Origin: Octopus bimaculoides
Lineage: Eukaryota
Direction: 5' to 3'
DNA: 64,000 nucleotides
Assembly (NCBI RefSeq): GCF_001194135.2
Contig: NC_069003.1
Span: 22,446,075-22,510,074, forward strand
Part shown: positions 50,647 through 63,094 of the stretch, piece after piece
Numbering within the stretch: position 1 is the first letter of the stretch
Layout of the letters: each line of letters begins with the position of its first letter
Notes under the pieces: generated by a model
The model's input: only the letters and a program-made list of their open reading frames with translations
What the model was told of the DNA's origin: nothing
Databases searched by the model: none
Position numbers and translations under genes: made by a program

Positions 50647-50782
50647 AGCATTGTTATACGGCGGAATGCTGGAATCTCAGCCAGGAACCAAGAAAATAGA
50701 ATTGCAGAATACTTCTGCTAAAGCATTTGATGCCTTAAGGAAATACATGTACAGTGGACGCATCAATCTGGTGGAAGCCAAA
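50647..50782 (+). CDS. BTBD9: BTBD9 exon (ALLYGGMLESQPGTKKIELQNTSAKAFDALRKYMYSGRINLVEAK)
   Basis: CAACAG/GTAAGG, phase 2/0; not in the ORF track frame; matches RALLYGGMRESQP. Confidence 0.96.
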
Positions 50783-50924
50783 GTAAGGAAGCTTTCTTAT
50801 CCTTGTCTGTGTGTCTGCCAGTGACTGTGTGTACGTGTTATGTGTATCTGTTATATTCTCTATGTATGTATGGGCATTCAAATTTGTGATACTCCTACCA
50901 TTATCATTGTCAACAATTTGCCAA

Positions 50925-51365
50925 TGTCGTCTCCTCACCCATGCCAACGTCGTCTCCTTCATTGGACACGAAACTCGACTTGTGAAGACCTGTTGGGGCA
51001 AGCGAAATCGTGATGGCACCTGTGCCCAGTGTCGCCTTCCTGGCACTTGTGCCAGTGACACATGTAAAGACATTCGAGTGAGATCGTTGCCAGTGCCGCT
51101 GGACTAGCTCCTGTGCAGGTGGCACGTAAAATACACCATTTTGAGCGTGGCCGTTGCCAGTTCTGCCAGACTGGCCTTCGTGCCGGTGGCACGTAAAAGC
51201 ACCCACTACACTCTCGGAGTGGTTGGCATTAGGAAGGGCATCCAGCTGTAGAAACTCTGCCAAATCAGATTGGAGCCTGGTGTAGCCATCTGGTTCATCA
51301 GTCCTCAGTCAAATCGTCCAACCCATGCTAGCATGGAAAGCGGACGTTAAATGATGATGATGATG
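50925..51365 (+). mobile_element. Longest young family B retroelement 3' fragment
   Basis: CpG-intact; internal GTGCCRGTGGCACGTAAAA repeats; (GAT)n tail. Confidence 0.8.
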
Positions 51366-51760
51366 TAAAAAAACAAAACACCTCCAAGTACATACCACCT
51401 AAGGAGACTTCTTGTGTTTGTGAGTGTATATTTTTGTATGTCATAAAATGTGAGAAGCTGTCTAGTTGCTTGACTTCCTGGAAATAACAGCCAAATCTCC
51501 CTCAATGTCACATGCTAACATTTTAAAAGACAGGCCTCTTATCCTTGTGTGTGTCTATTTGTGGCTGTGTATGTGTTATGCGTATCTGTTATATTCTGTG
51601 TGTATGTGTTCAAATTTGTGATACTCCTACCCTTTTTATCATAATCAAAATGTAAAAAAAAAAATCTAAATACTCAACACCACCACCAAGAAACAAAAAC
51701 AAAGAACATTTCTTTCTCACTTTCTCATTTCATTTTATATTATTTTTTACTATTTTCTAG

Positions 51761-51991
51761 GAAGAGAATCTATTGGACATTTTAGGCTTAGCTCATCAAT
51801 ATGGTTTTGTGGAACTGGAATCTTCCATCTCTGACTACCTCAAAGCCACACTTAACATTCAAAATGTCTGTCTAATATATGACCTGGCTAATATGTACAG
51901 TTTGATCTCACTCAGTCAGGTGTGTAAAGAATTCATAGACCGTAACGCTCTGGAAATACTTTGCAGCACTTCTTTCTGTAGTTTATCAGAG
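51761..51991 (+). CDS. BTBD9: BTBD9 exon, BTB end and BACK start
   Basis: TTCTAG/GTAAGT, 231 nt; EENLLDILGLAHQYGFVELE...LNIQNVC. Confidence 0.97.
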
Positions 51992-53601
51992 GTAAGTTTG
52001 TATTATTGTTTGCTGTTAATCATTTTAATACCAGCCCACCTGTATGCGTGTGTGTGTGTGTGTGTATGTATGTGTGTGTGTGTAGAAGATACTAAGGAGT
52101 CAGTTTATGGAAGTTTGGCTACTGGCATGGCTGTGTGGTAAGAAGTTTGCTTCTCAATCACATGATTCTGAGTTCATTCACCATGTGGCACCTTGGGCAA
52201 GTGTATTCTACTATAGCCATGGGCCGACCAAACCCTTGTGAGTGGATTTGGTAGATGGAGACTGAAAAAAGCTTGTCGTGTGTGTGTGTATAATGTATCT
52301 GTATATATAATTGTGTGTGTGTGCGTGTGTGTCACCAGTGTTGGTGTGTTTATGTCCCTGTAACTTAGCAGTTCAGCAAAAGAGACTGATAGAATATGTA
52401 CCAGGCTTAAGAAGAAAATAAGTACTGGGATTGATTAGTTCGACTAAAATTCTTCAAGGTGGTGCTTCAGCATGGCCACAGTCTTACTGAAACAAGTAAA
52501 AAGATTAAAAAAAGATGAATTTGTTGTATGTCAAATGACAATGTAAAAGCTCCCTCATTGACCATATTGCTTTTTATGCATTTAGGGTCCTGATGGTGTC
52601 CCTTAAACAGGCTATAACCATCTTCCTTCCATCATAGAGTGCTCTTTTTTGCTTTGCAAGCTTCAAAATAGCCCTAACAGTGATGGTGCCACAAAAAGCA
52701 CCACATACATTCAAAGTGTTTGGTAATAAATTTAAACAACAACTCGGGGTTGAGCGGACTCTTTAACCCTTTAGCATTCAGATTATTTTGTCCAATGTAT
52801 TGCTTATGTATTCACATTGTTTTGAATTAATCACACATCTTTTAGCTTCAAGATTTCAATAATGTGATTGTATATTTTTAGAATGACATTGTAGGGTAGG
52901 TATGAGAGGTTAGATCTGGTCAGTTTTAACATAAAACACGTAAAATATTTGGCCTGAATATGGCTGAATTAAATGCTAAAGTATTAATTTTGCTGATGGC
53001 AAAGTAACTTCTATGCCTTGGTGCCTTGGAAAGTGTGGAAAGGTTAGTGTTAGGAAGTGCATCAACTTGTAGCAACTATATCAAAAATGAGACAATGGTG
53101 GTAAACATGGTCCTCCAACCCACTGAATCCTGCTGAGCCAGTGTGGGTAGGAAGATGATTATGATGGTTTGTAACATTGATTCAAAGCAATTTTTTTTTG
53201 TATGTGTGTTGGTTATATATAATTGGCCCACGTGCCGGTGGCACGTAAAAGCACCCGCTACACTCTTGGAGTGGTTGGCGTTAGGAAAGGCATCCAGTTG
53301 TAGAAACTCTGCCAGATCAGATTAGAGCCTGGTGCAACCGTCTGGTTCGCCAGTCCTCAGTCAAATCGACCAACCCATGCTAGCATGGAAAGTGGACGTT
53401 AAACGATGATGATAATGATGAATTTAAACTGACTCTTTTCCTTTAACCCTTTTGATACCATTCTGCCTGAGATTCTGTCTTTGGTTCTCTGCTACAAACC
53501 TCCAGTTTTAAAGTGATCTAAATTAAAACCTTCCATCAAATTTATTAATTTATTTATGTTCCAAAACATTATTTTATGTTCCAAATACCAGCTTAATAAT
53601 G

Positions 53602-53786
53602 GTTTCAAATTTTGGCACAAGGCCAGCAAATTTAGGGTTGGGGATAAATCAATTACATTGACCCCAGTGCTCAACTGGTACTTATTTTATTGACTCTGAA
53701 AAGGATGAAAGGCAAATTTGACCCTGGTAAAATTGCCACTAAACACTGTGATTGGTGTGCTAATGATCCTGCCAGCTTGTCACCTT
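53602..53786 (-). mobile_element. Family A SINE with 19-bp TSD
   Basis: TSD AAATACCAGCTTAATAATG at 53583-53601 and 53787-53805. Confidence 0.85.
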
Positions 53787-53915
53787 AAATACCAGCTTAA
53801 TAATGACAGTTATTTTATAATTTTTTCATTACTTTTCAAAATTAATTGAAACAAAAGCAATGATGACCATAATTGTTGTAGTGAAATAATGACTCTCTTT
53901 CTTTTTGTTTCCTAG

Positions 53916-54180
53916 TCATCTGTCAAAGAACTATTGTCTCGTGATTCATTTTGTGCCCAAGAAATCAAGATCTTTCATGCCATCTGTAAGTGGTGTGAAT
54001 GCAACCCTAGTGTAGACCGTGCTTCTGTGTTGGAAGCTGTACGATTGCCACTAATCTCAATAAAAGACCTTTTTGAAGTTGTACGGCCCACAAATCTTGT
54101 GTCACCAAATGCCATATTGGATGCCATCCAAGTTATCTGGGAGTGTCGTGGAATGGATCTCAAGTACCGGGGCTTTCTTG
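53916..54180 (+). CDS. BTBD9: BTBD9 exon, BACK domain
   Basis: TCCTAG/GTATGA, phase 0/1; RDSFCA.E..IF...VRLPL...VVRP...DAILDAI. Confidence 0.97.
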
Positions 54181-54885
54181 GTATGATTTTTCGTAATTAT
54201 TTTTGTGATGATTTCTCTTGGATATAACACTGCACTCAATGCACTGCTGCTCACTTTTCTAACTGTAAACTCATTGTAGTTTATAATATCCATTTCACAG
54301 TCCACATATACTGCCAGTATTCTGTACTGGTTAATCACACACTCACGTGCACATCAGGACTTGCACATGTCCACACAGGAACATTTTTACATGCATACAT
54401 ACACAGATATCCACATGCATGCACACACACATGTTCATGTGCATGTCAGAATCCACAAGGATGCTTCCACATGTGCATGTACCCATGCATGCGCACATGT
54501 CCATATTTACACACACACGTCCACTCATGCACGCCTATACACACACATGCACACTCACATCCATATGCACATACATCCACACATTAACACACACACACAT
54601 GACACGTTGACACACATACATGACTCACATGCACACACACACGACACGTTGACACACATACATGACTCACATGCACACACACACAGATCCACATGCACGC
54701 ACTCAGACATCCACATGCACGCACACACACACACACATACACACACATGCACATGCACACATCCATGTACACACTCACACACTCATTCATATCCCTCTTT
54801 TTTCTGTTTTAAAGACTGTTTTTTTTTTATTTCATTCTTATATTTTCTGTAAAAGCTAAGGAGTTCATTGTTTTGTTTGTTTCAG

Positions 54886-55105
54886 TACCGGAGGAAAATA
54901 TTGCCACAATTAGCCATGGTGCCCAGGTTATTAAGGGTGAGATGAGAACAGCTCTGCTGGACGGGGATACTCAGATGTATGACTTTGACCGAGGCTTCAC
55001 CCGGCATCCAATTGATGACAACAATGGTCAAGGTATCGTCATTGAACTGGGCCAGCCATACATAATCAACACCATCAAGATGCTGCTTTGGGACAGGGAC
55101 ATGAG
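54886..55105 (+). CDS. BTBD9: BTBD9 exon, discoidin-like repeat 1
   Basis: TTTCAG/GTGAGT, phase 1/2; PEENIAT..GAQV.KGE...ALLDGDT...LLWDRD. Confidence 0.97.
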
Positions 55106-55439
55106 GTGAGTGGTAGTGCTACTGGGTGGGTGGGAGCAAGGGACAGATTTCTTTACTTTTTCTTTGATGGTCCTACCTGTGTCATGTTAGAAATTTTGGG
55201 TAACACCAAGTGGATCTGCATGCCTCTTTGTACATCTGTGTTTTTGAGTGGGCTTGTGTGTGTGTTAAGGTATGTCTAAATGTACCTGAAAATATGTGTA
55301 TTTGTGCTTGTGTGTACATGTGTGTGTGTGGGTGTGTGCATATATATTCATGTGATCACTATCATCGTTCATCACTATTTAACGTCCGTTTTCCATGCTG
55401 GCATAAGTTGGATGGTTTGATAGGAGCTGGCCAATGTGT

Positions 55440-55811
55440 CTTTAAATGTTTATGAGAATGTGTATATCTGTAATTGTTTGTGTTTATGTGTGTCTATAAA
55501 TGTATTCGAGAATGTGTGTGTGTGTTCATGTGTCTATAAATACACCTAAGAATGTGTGTCTACATGCATGTATGTATGTGTGTTTATGTGTCTATTAATT
55601 TACGTTAGTATGTGTGTATGTTCATGTGTGTCTATAAATGCATCAGAGAATGTGTGTATCTACGCTTGTGTTTGTGTATTCATGTGCCTATAAAGGTACT
55701 TGAAAATGTGTGTATGTGTTTGTGTGTGTCTATAAATGTCTATGTGTTTATGTGTGTCTATAAATGAACTTGAGAATGTGTGTTCATGTGTATCTATAAA
55801 TGTACCTTAGA

Positions 55812-55815
<4 letters not shown>
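55440..55815 (+). repeat. Degenerate tandem repeat, about 8 units with core TTCATGTGTCTATAAAT...GAGAATGTGTG
   Basis: Recurrent CTATAAA core at ~30-100 nt spacing. Confidence 0.7.
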
Positions 55816-55845
<30 letters not shown>

Positions 55846-56027
55846 ATGGCAAGATAATGTGGTATGAAATTCTCTTTGTCTTCACAACCACTTCAACTTT
55901 GACCACCGCCACCACTATTATTACTCCCATGACTGTCATTCCGTATTCCACCATAATCACAGCTTCTAGCACCTCTCCCATTTCTATCATATGTCGTCAA
56001 CACCACAATGTCTCTGTTTTCTGACAG

Positions 56028-56147
56028 GTCGTATTCCTACTACATTGAGGTATCGATGGATGACAAAGATTATCAGCGAATCATTGATCACACCAAATAT
56101 TTGTGTCGGTCTTGGCAGACGCTACACTTCCCAGCAAAGGTTGTCAG
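56028..56147 (+). CDS. BTBD9: BTBD9 exon (SYSYYIEVSMDDKDYQRIIDHTKYLCRSWQTLHFPAKVV)
   Basis: TGACAG/GTAAGT, phase 2/2. Confidence 0.96.
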
Positions 56148-56797
56148 GTAAGTTGTACTTATTTAGCCCTAGGTCAACCCTGATCCAGTAGACCAATGAT
56201 CAGAGGCATTCCAGCCGTAGCCATCGGTGCCATGTAATAAACTCCCAGTACACTCTGTAAAGTGGTTGGCATTAGGAAGGGCATCCAGCTGTAGAAACCA
56301 TGCCAGAACAGAGAAATGGAGCTTGGGCAGCTCTCTAGCTGACCAATTCCTGTCAAACTGTCTAATTCATGAGAGCATGGAGAATGGATGTTAAATGATG
56401 ATGATAGAGGAACCCAGGACCATGTTATCTAATACGTCTTCTCCTTAGACACTGTGTTGTTTGAGGAAGATTTAGTTGTTATTTCTAGCACATTGAGTGA
56501 CCATAGAGAGGCTCCCTCATTAGCTTATTGTCAGGTAAGTTGTTCTGGGCTGGTGTAGTGGAGAACATGTCACCTACACCAGTAATGCTACAAGTTGTTT
56601 TATCCAGTGTGTTGTCACACTAGCTGTTACCTCTATCATTTACTTTCATGTCATGTAATAACTTTTCCCTTTGGCACACAAACTGACCCAGCCCTTTATA
56701 TTTATCACAAGAATTTCTCCTCCCCTCAGTCACATAAATTGTTGTATCTTTTATCACGCATACTTTTAAGTTTCTTTGTCTTGTCACACTCCTCCTA

Positions 56798-57052
56798 TTT
56801 CTGTGCAACAGGAGCCCCTATTTCTATGCAACACAAGCCCCTGTTTCTGTGCAACACGAGCCCCTGTTTCTGTGCAACACAAGCCCCTCCACTTCTGTGC
56901 CATACGACCCTCTACTTCTGTGCCATACAAACCCCCACTTTTGGTGCCATACAAACCCACACTTCTGTTCCTTATGAACCTCCACTTCTGTTCTTCATGA
57001 ACCCCCACTTCTATGCGACACGAACCCCCACTTCTGCACAACGCATGCCCCC
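56798..57052 (+). repeat. ~23-bp minisatellite, about 11 units (TTTCTGTGCAACACAAGCCCCTG-like)
   Basis: Visible tandem units that diverge progressively left to right. Confidence 0.85.
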
Positions 57053-57659
57053 ATTTTTCCACTACCATGTTGCATTCTACATGTGTCCATTGTGAATTGT
57101 TCTGCCATTGGTGTTTGGAATCCATGTGTACTACATGTCATGATGATCTTACAATTACGATGGACATGTAGTATGCATGGTGGTAACATGCTATCTACAT
57201 TGGTACCACATGTAGCTGCATAAAATGTGACATGTAAGGCATTCTTGTACCACATCAGAAATACATGTGAAAACATTGATAATGGAGGTACATGGCAGTA
57301 TGGGTATATTGACTGTTATCAACGTTCCTACATGTATTATTGATGTAGTACATGTATCACCAATATGCCATGTGCTACTGACGAGGTGGGGAGGTTATGG
57401 TCACTGAATATGCTAGAAATAGCAGTTGAATCTCCTTCAAATAACACTATAACTCTCTTAAAAGAGGAAAGGACAGTAAGTTGTGATGGCCATGCCTGGA
57501 ATACCTCTGTATGTCTGCTCACTCAGTTCATTTGGACAACTTATCATTTGGCTACATATGCAACCACAATACTCTGCATATCCATGTTGTACGGATGTCT
57601 TCTCTTCCATCAATGTTCCAACATGTGTTAACTATTTAACCATTCTTTTCTTTCCCCAG

Positions 57660-57769
57660 ATACATCAAAATAGTCGGCACCCACAACACAGTCAACCGAG
57701 TGTTTCATGTGGTGTCTATGGAGTGTTTCTTCACAAATCAACAGTTTCATTTAGAGGAAGGCCTTATAG
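57660..57769 (+). CDS. BTBD9: BTBD9 exon (YIKIVGTHNTVNRVFHVVSMECFFTNQQFHLEEGLI)
   Basis: CCCCAG/GTAAGC, phase 2/1. Confidence 0.96.
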
Positions 57770-58915
57770 GTAAGCACTACACACACACACATAGCCTAAT
57801 AGGTAAGCTGTCTACACACTTAAACACACATATATAATGCGAAGGTGTTAACAGTCCTTGGTCGAAATACCTGATGATCATTGGATACTGTCTGATGATA
57901 TTAATTTCTCCTGGCCAAAGTGTCATTCACTTTGGTGAGTGGAAAAGAAGCGCCTCCTAGATGATATTAATGACATAGTTTTATAGGTACGATGTGTACA
58001 CACACAGTCTTATAAGTGAGCTATTTACATTTTGGTTGTTCCATTTCCCTAGTAGTGGTTTCTGTTGTAACCCTCTCAGATCTTGGCTATTTGAACAGTA
58101 CATAACAGATCTCAAGAATGTAATGTCTGTGTGTTTGGAACTTATGAAAATATACATTACCTGCATCTCATCATTAATAAACATCATATTTGCCATTTGA
58201 CTTTGTCGAGTATTTTACCTATTTTAGGTGTGTAGATGTGTGTGTGTTTGTGTACAGAATATATGTACACACACGTCTTGTCCATCTACCAACGTTGATA
58301 AAACAAGTAGTGTTGGGGAGTAGGGTTCAATGTAATCAGTTACACTACAGAAAGTAGTGCCCCAGCATAGTCGTAGTTGAATGATTGAACCCTGTATAAG
58401 AATAAAAAGAATATATTCTGAAGAAGTGCTGAAACCTAAACGCTTCTAAGGTAGAATTCTCTGAGTTGCCTCCCTTGTCACAGTATGTCGAAAAAGGAAA
58501 GACAAAGAACAAAAATAGCAACAAAGATTATATATCGATGGCTAATCTGTAGCTGCCGTCCCCAGACCCCAGAAGAAAAACATATTACCTACAGCAGACC
58601 CAAAAGTGGTGCCCCTTGAAAAGTACCACTTGGCAGCAACACTATGTATCTATCTTTCATACACTCTCTATCTCGCTATATTTCTCTCTCAGAAACAACT
58701 TTTACTCCTCCTCTTCTTCACATATACTTTGTGTAGCCAGACAGATGGAGATCAGCTCCTCTTTTATAATATATAACTGTAAGGTATGGGGCTTGGCATA
58801 GTGGTAATTTACATGGGTGTGGCATGGCTGTAGTTGACTTGTGTATCATGGTTGCGATTGACATAAGAAGTGTAATATGGTAGAAATAAAACCTTGCTCT
58901 TATGTTTGTTTTCAG

Positions 58916-59105
58916 TGCCTCAGGAGAATGTTTCCACAATCAAGGCCAGCGCATGTGTCATTGAAGGAGTGAGCCGCAGTAGGAATGCCCTGATCAATGG
59001 TGATGTCAACCAGTATGACTGGGACTCTGGTTATACGTGTCACCAGCTTGGTAGTGGTGCCATTGTGGTACAGTTGGCACAGCCATACATGTGCAGTTCA
59101 ATGAG
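58916..59105 (+). CDS. BTBD9: BTBD9 exon, discoidin-like repeat 2
   Basis: TTTCAG/GTAAGT, phase 1/2; VIEGVSRSRNAL.NGD...YDWDSGYTCHQLGSGAIVVQLAQPY is near-identical to vertebrate BTBD9. Confidence 0.98.
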
Positions 59106-60527
59106 GTAAGTAGTGAGTCTGTGTAAGCAATGGATGGCCAATGGGTGGAGAGTAGAAAAGAAAACATGGTATTTGATGTACCTTTACATTCTGAGTTCAA
59201 ATCTCAGCCTGTTTCATTTTCTCATTACTTCTCTGTAGGTTAATAAAATAGGTTCTGGAGTTGATGTAATCAGCTGCACTCATGTCTTGTGAGTGGAATT
59301 TGAGAGATGGAAACTGTACAGAAGCCCATTGTGTGTGTGTGTTTGTGTAGCATCAGTGTAAATCCTCAAATTTGATGGAAAGATAGAATCAGTTAAATTG
59401 ATCCCAGTATTTGACTGGTATTTTATTTACCCTGGAGTGTTTAAAGGAAAAGTTGACCTTAGTGGGAGTTGACTTAGAATAAATATATAGGAAGATATCT
59501 AGACATGCTGTCTGTTGCCCAGTCCTTCTTACCATATCTTAATTTCTAAAGGAAGAAAGGCCAAGTGAATGTGGATGATGTTTCAAATTCAGAATATAAA
59601 AGGCTATAACTAAAAACCGCCAGATAATTTAATTTGTGATTTACTATTTGTCAATCCACAGCCCAAATAATCATGATTTCAAATATAGGCATAGAATCTC
59701 AAATTTAGAGTTTCGGTGTATACTTAAGATTGATGTCCAGTACATATTTTATCTACTTCAGAGAATAATGGCAGGGTAACAGTGTGTAACATGATTTTTG
59801 TCCTTGGATAGCGACTGTTATTTCCTGTTTGCTTACACCTAGAAAGTATGAAAAATGGTTAATATTTCCTTCAAACTTTGTTTTTGTTGCATTTATTCAA
59901 ACTCCAAAGAATCCTTCTCAACACATGGCAATGATGCTCCCCCATTACTCCTGCCTATGATCAGAGATGCATATAGTCAGCCACTAAAGGGCATGCTCAA
60001 GTGGTTAAGGTCAAGCAAGTGACAAGCAAATCTGTGATATTGAGCAGAATATTTGCTATAATGATATTTCTGCTTCAGCAACTCAGCACTAAATCTGTCT
60101 GAAATGTAATGGAAAATAGGTCAGTTTTAAAATATTGATGTCCAGGTCACAAAAAAGCAAATTTTGAAGGGATTAGTAGTCATTTCCTTTGATTTCTAGA
60201 TAGAAGCAAAGAGGAAATAACACTTACTGATCAAAGGGAAAAAAAAAAAAAATTTTACACAGTGTCATAATTCTTTCTACTATAGGCACAAGGTCTGAAA
60301 TTTTGGGAGAGGATGTGAGTTGATTACATTGACTGCACTACTATACTGGAACTTATTTTATTGATCCTGAAAGGATAAGTTGACCTTGGCAGAATTTGAA
60401 CTCAGAACGAAAGTTGGATGAAATGCCACTAAGCATTTTGCTTGGCACACTAATGATTCTGTCAGCTTGCCACCTTAACAGTGATAACACAACAACAATG
60501 ATAATGATAATAATGATTCTGTTTCAG

Positions 60528-60635
60528 GTTATTATTGTGGGACTGTGATGACAGAAGTTACAGCTATTATATAGAAGTGTCAATAGATCAACAACATTGG
60601 GTGAAAGTAGCTGACAATCAACAGAAACCTTGCAA
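60528..60635 (+). CDS. BTBD9: BTBD9 exon (LLLWDCDDRSYSYYIEVSIDQQHWVKVADNQQKPC)
   Basis: TTTCAG/GTAAGT, phase 2/2. Confidence 0.97.
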
Positions 60636-61386
60636 GTAAGTTATCAATATTTTTCTTGCTTTAATGGGAAACCAGGGCTTAGTAAGGACCCTATGAAACC
60701 CTAGGGTTTCATAGGGTCCTACTAAATAAAAGCTCTAAAACCTCATTGGCTCTTTATCAAGTAAAGATTTCTGCTGCTCCTGCCACTATCACCATTACAG
60801 TGACCTCATGCTAGCAATGAAGCCTCTACATCAGTGGTACTCAACCAGGGTCCCTATGGCCCCTGGGTAGGTCCATATAAGATTTTTGGAAAAATAGGTT
60901 CCACGGTAGTATCTGAAGGGTCCATGAAAAAATTTTCATTTTGATGTATTTATTGGAAGAAACAACTAGGTTTCTTTCTCAAACATTCTACATAGTTTTA
61001 CATGTTTCCACTCACTGTAATGTGTTTTCTCAAAGAGTGCTGTTTTAGTCCTATATAAGAGAACGTGTGAAAAACAAAATAGGAAGTTTGAAAGAAGTAT
61101 CTATAAAACTAGCTTTTAAACATTGAATGGCTATGGGGGTCCACCAGAGTAAAATAGTAATTGAGGGGTTCCATAGGTAAAAATTGGTTGAGAACTCCTT
61201 CTTTACAGAGTTTTTTGGCCTGCTTGAAACAACAGCTAAATTGTTCAGAATGCACACTACAGTGACTTTGAAAAGAAAATCTAAGTTTCTTGTGGTTGTC
61301 TTGGCTACAGGAACATTACCCCAGTACCAGCTTTCTAGAGCAAAAATAAAATTGAAATAAAATAAAACCACATTCCTTATTTTCAG

Positions 61387-61465
61387 ATCCTGGCAGACAA
61401 TTGTTTTTGAGAGAAGACCTGTCGCTTTTGTGAAGATAGTCGGTACTCGTAATACAGCAAATGAA
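61387..61465 (+). CDS. BTBD9: BTBD9 exon (SWQTIVFERRPVAFVKIVGTRNTANE); the final exon is not visible in the window
   Basis: TTTCAG/GTAAGT, phase 2/0. Confidence 0.95.
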
Positions 61466-62878
61466 GTAAGTGCAGACTTCCTCTGTCTCTGTGTTAGTAA
61501 CACACTCAAGACTTCACAACCCCAGTGTTATCAACTCACCTTAACCATTGCAAACCACCCTATTTCAAAACTCCAGGCCCATTTTTGGTCTGATATTTCA
61601 AACCTAACTAGGACGGTCTCTGGTCTGATGTTAACAATTCACTAACACAACCCCTTTGAGTTCCAAAGAGGTCCTTAATATAAAAATTGATAAAAAAAAA
61701 GATCCAGTTTTAGTGCTGTAGTCATGTGGTTAAGATTTCCACATGCAATCAGTTCAATTCCACTTTGCGAAACTGTCTTCTACTATAAGCCTTAGATTAA
61801 CCAATGCTCTAATTGTGACATTTCTGTGGAAACCATTCAGAAGTATGTGTGTGTGTGCGTGTATGCATGCAAACACATGGTTATATGGTGAAGAACTATG
61901 TGGAAACCTAGGCAAACCAATGCATTGTGAATGAAAATAGTAGGTTACAGTTACAAGAAAGCTCGTGTGTATACACACATATTCAGATGTGTGTGAGCAT
62001 AAACACCAATTCAGTGTTTTGTCATTAGTACTGCTTAAATGAAAGACAGTGAAAAGACAGTGAAAAATTCTTTTACTTTCTCCAGTGAACAAATGCCCCA
62101 TACATGTGAGAGACAGTGGAATGAAAAAATAGCTGAACTGAAAAAAACGAAACAAGTCATGGTTGTGTAGTGTATATTAGTGTGTTCAACAATGATTGAT
62201 GTGTTTAACAGAATGTAAGGATCTTGTTAAGATGTAGTGAACACATGTTGACAGTAAATGTATGTTGTGGTAATAAGCAGCATGGAGTATTAAATGTTGG
62301 TATGATGCAGACATTTTTAGAGTCTCAAATGTATTTATTTGAAGGAAGTATAGATTCCACAAATCTCAGACTAGGTAACCCATGAAGGAGAGCAGTAACT
62401 GAAAACAAACTAAAATCAGAGCCATGCGGAAGATTCTTGTAGTTTTGCTACAAGCATCTTGGTGGTACAAGCATGATAGTGGTACAATGTGTCTCGTCTG
62501 CAAGCACGATGGTGGTACAATGTGTCTTGTCTACATTGTGTAAGTGGTCAGCAACTGGAAGAGCATCCAGCTGTAGAAACCAAACATGTGTCACATGGTC
62601 TCTGATATTCTATTCCAGTTTGGAAAAACTGACTAAAGATTGATGACAAAAGTTTGTGTTGATTTATTGTAAGCTAAATTAATGAATATGTAAAAAATTA
62701 TAAATACTGTTTGCTATATAATGAACACACTGGTGTAACTAGTTGTGTTTTTAACACCACCACCACAAAGTAAAGAGAGTGTCTCTACATAATTTCTTGA
62801 CCTGCTAGAAATAGAAGTTAAATGTACCTCCAATTGTACTCACTGTTTTGAAAATAGATGATATTGTAGTCTGAGATA

Positions 62879-63094
62879 CAAGTGGGTGCTGAAAAATTCC
62901 TGGCTTTGGGTAAAAGAAAATATAGAAGGATCAGTTAATTACGATTTTATTAAATATATTCCCCTCAATGATTCACACACTTATTGCAGTGGTCCTTCAG
63001 TTTTTCTAAGCCCTCTAAAAGAACTTGGAAGGTTGGGCCTCCACCAGGCCTTTTGTAAAACCCTTAAAGCCAGGAACTTTTCAGCACCCCCTCG
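62879..63094 (-). mobile_element. Internally deleted mariner element
   Basis: TA flanks; TIR with GGGTGCTGAAAA.TTCCTGGCTTT; minus strand retains EGLEKLKDHCNKCV...GEYI, the mariner transposase C-terminus. Confidence 0.8.

Noticed and set aside
54343-54859. His/Thr-rich ORFs
   Set aside because: Translation of a CA-rich intronic repeat.
56595-57276. Several 60-166 aa ORFs
   Set aside because: They translate a 23-bp minisatellite inside a BTBD9 intron.
57160-57360. p53 response elements
   Set aside because: CATG cores lack the RRR/YYY flanks and paired half-site spacing.
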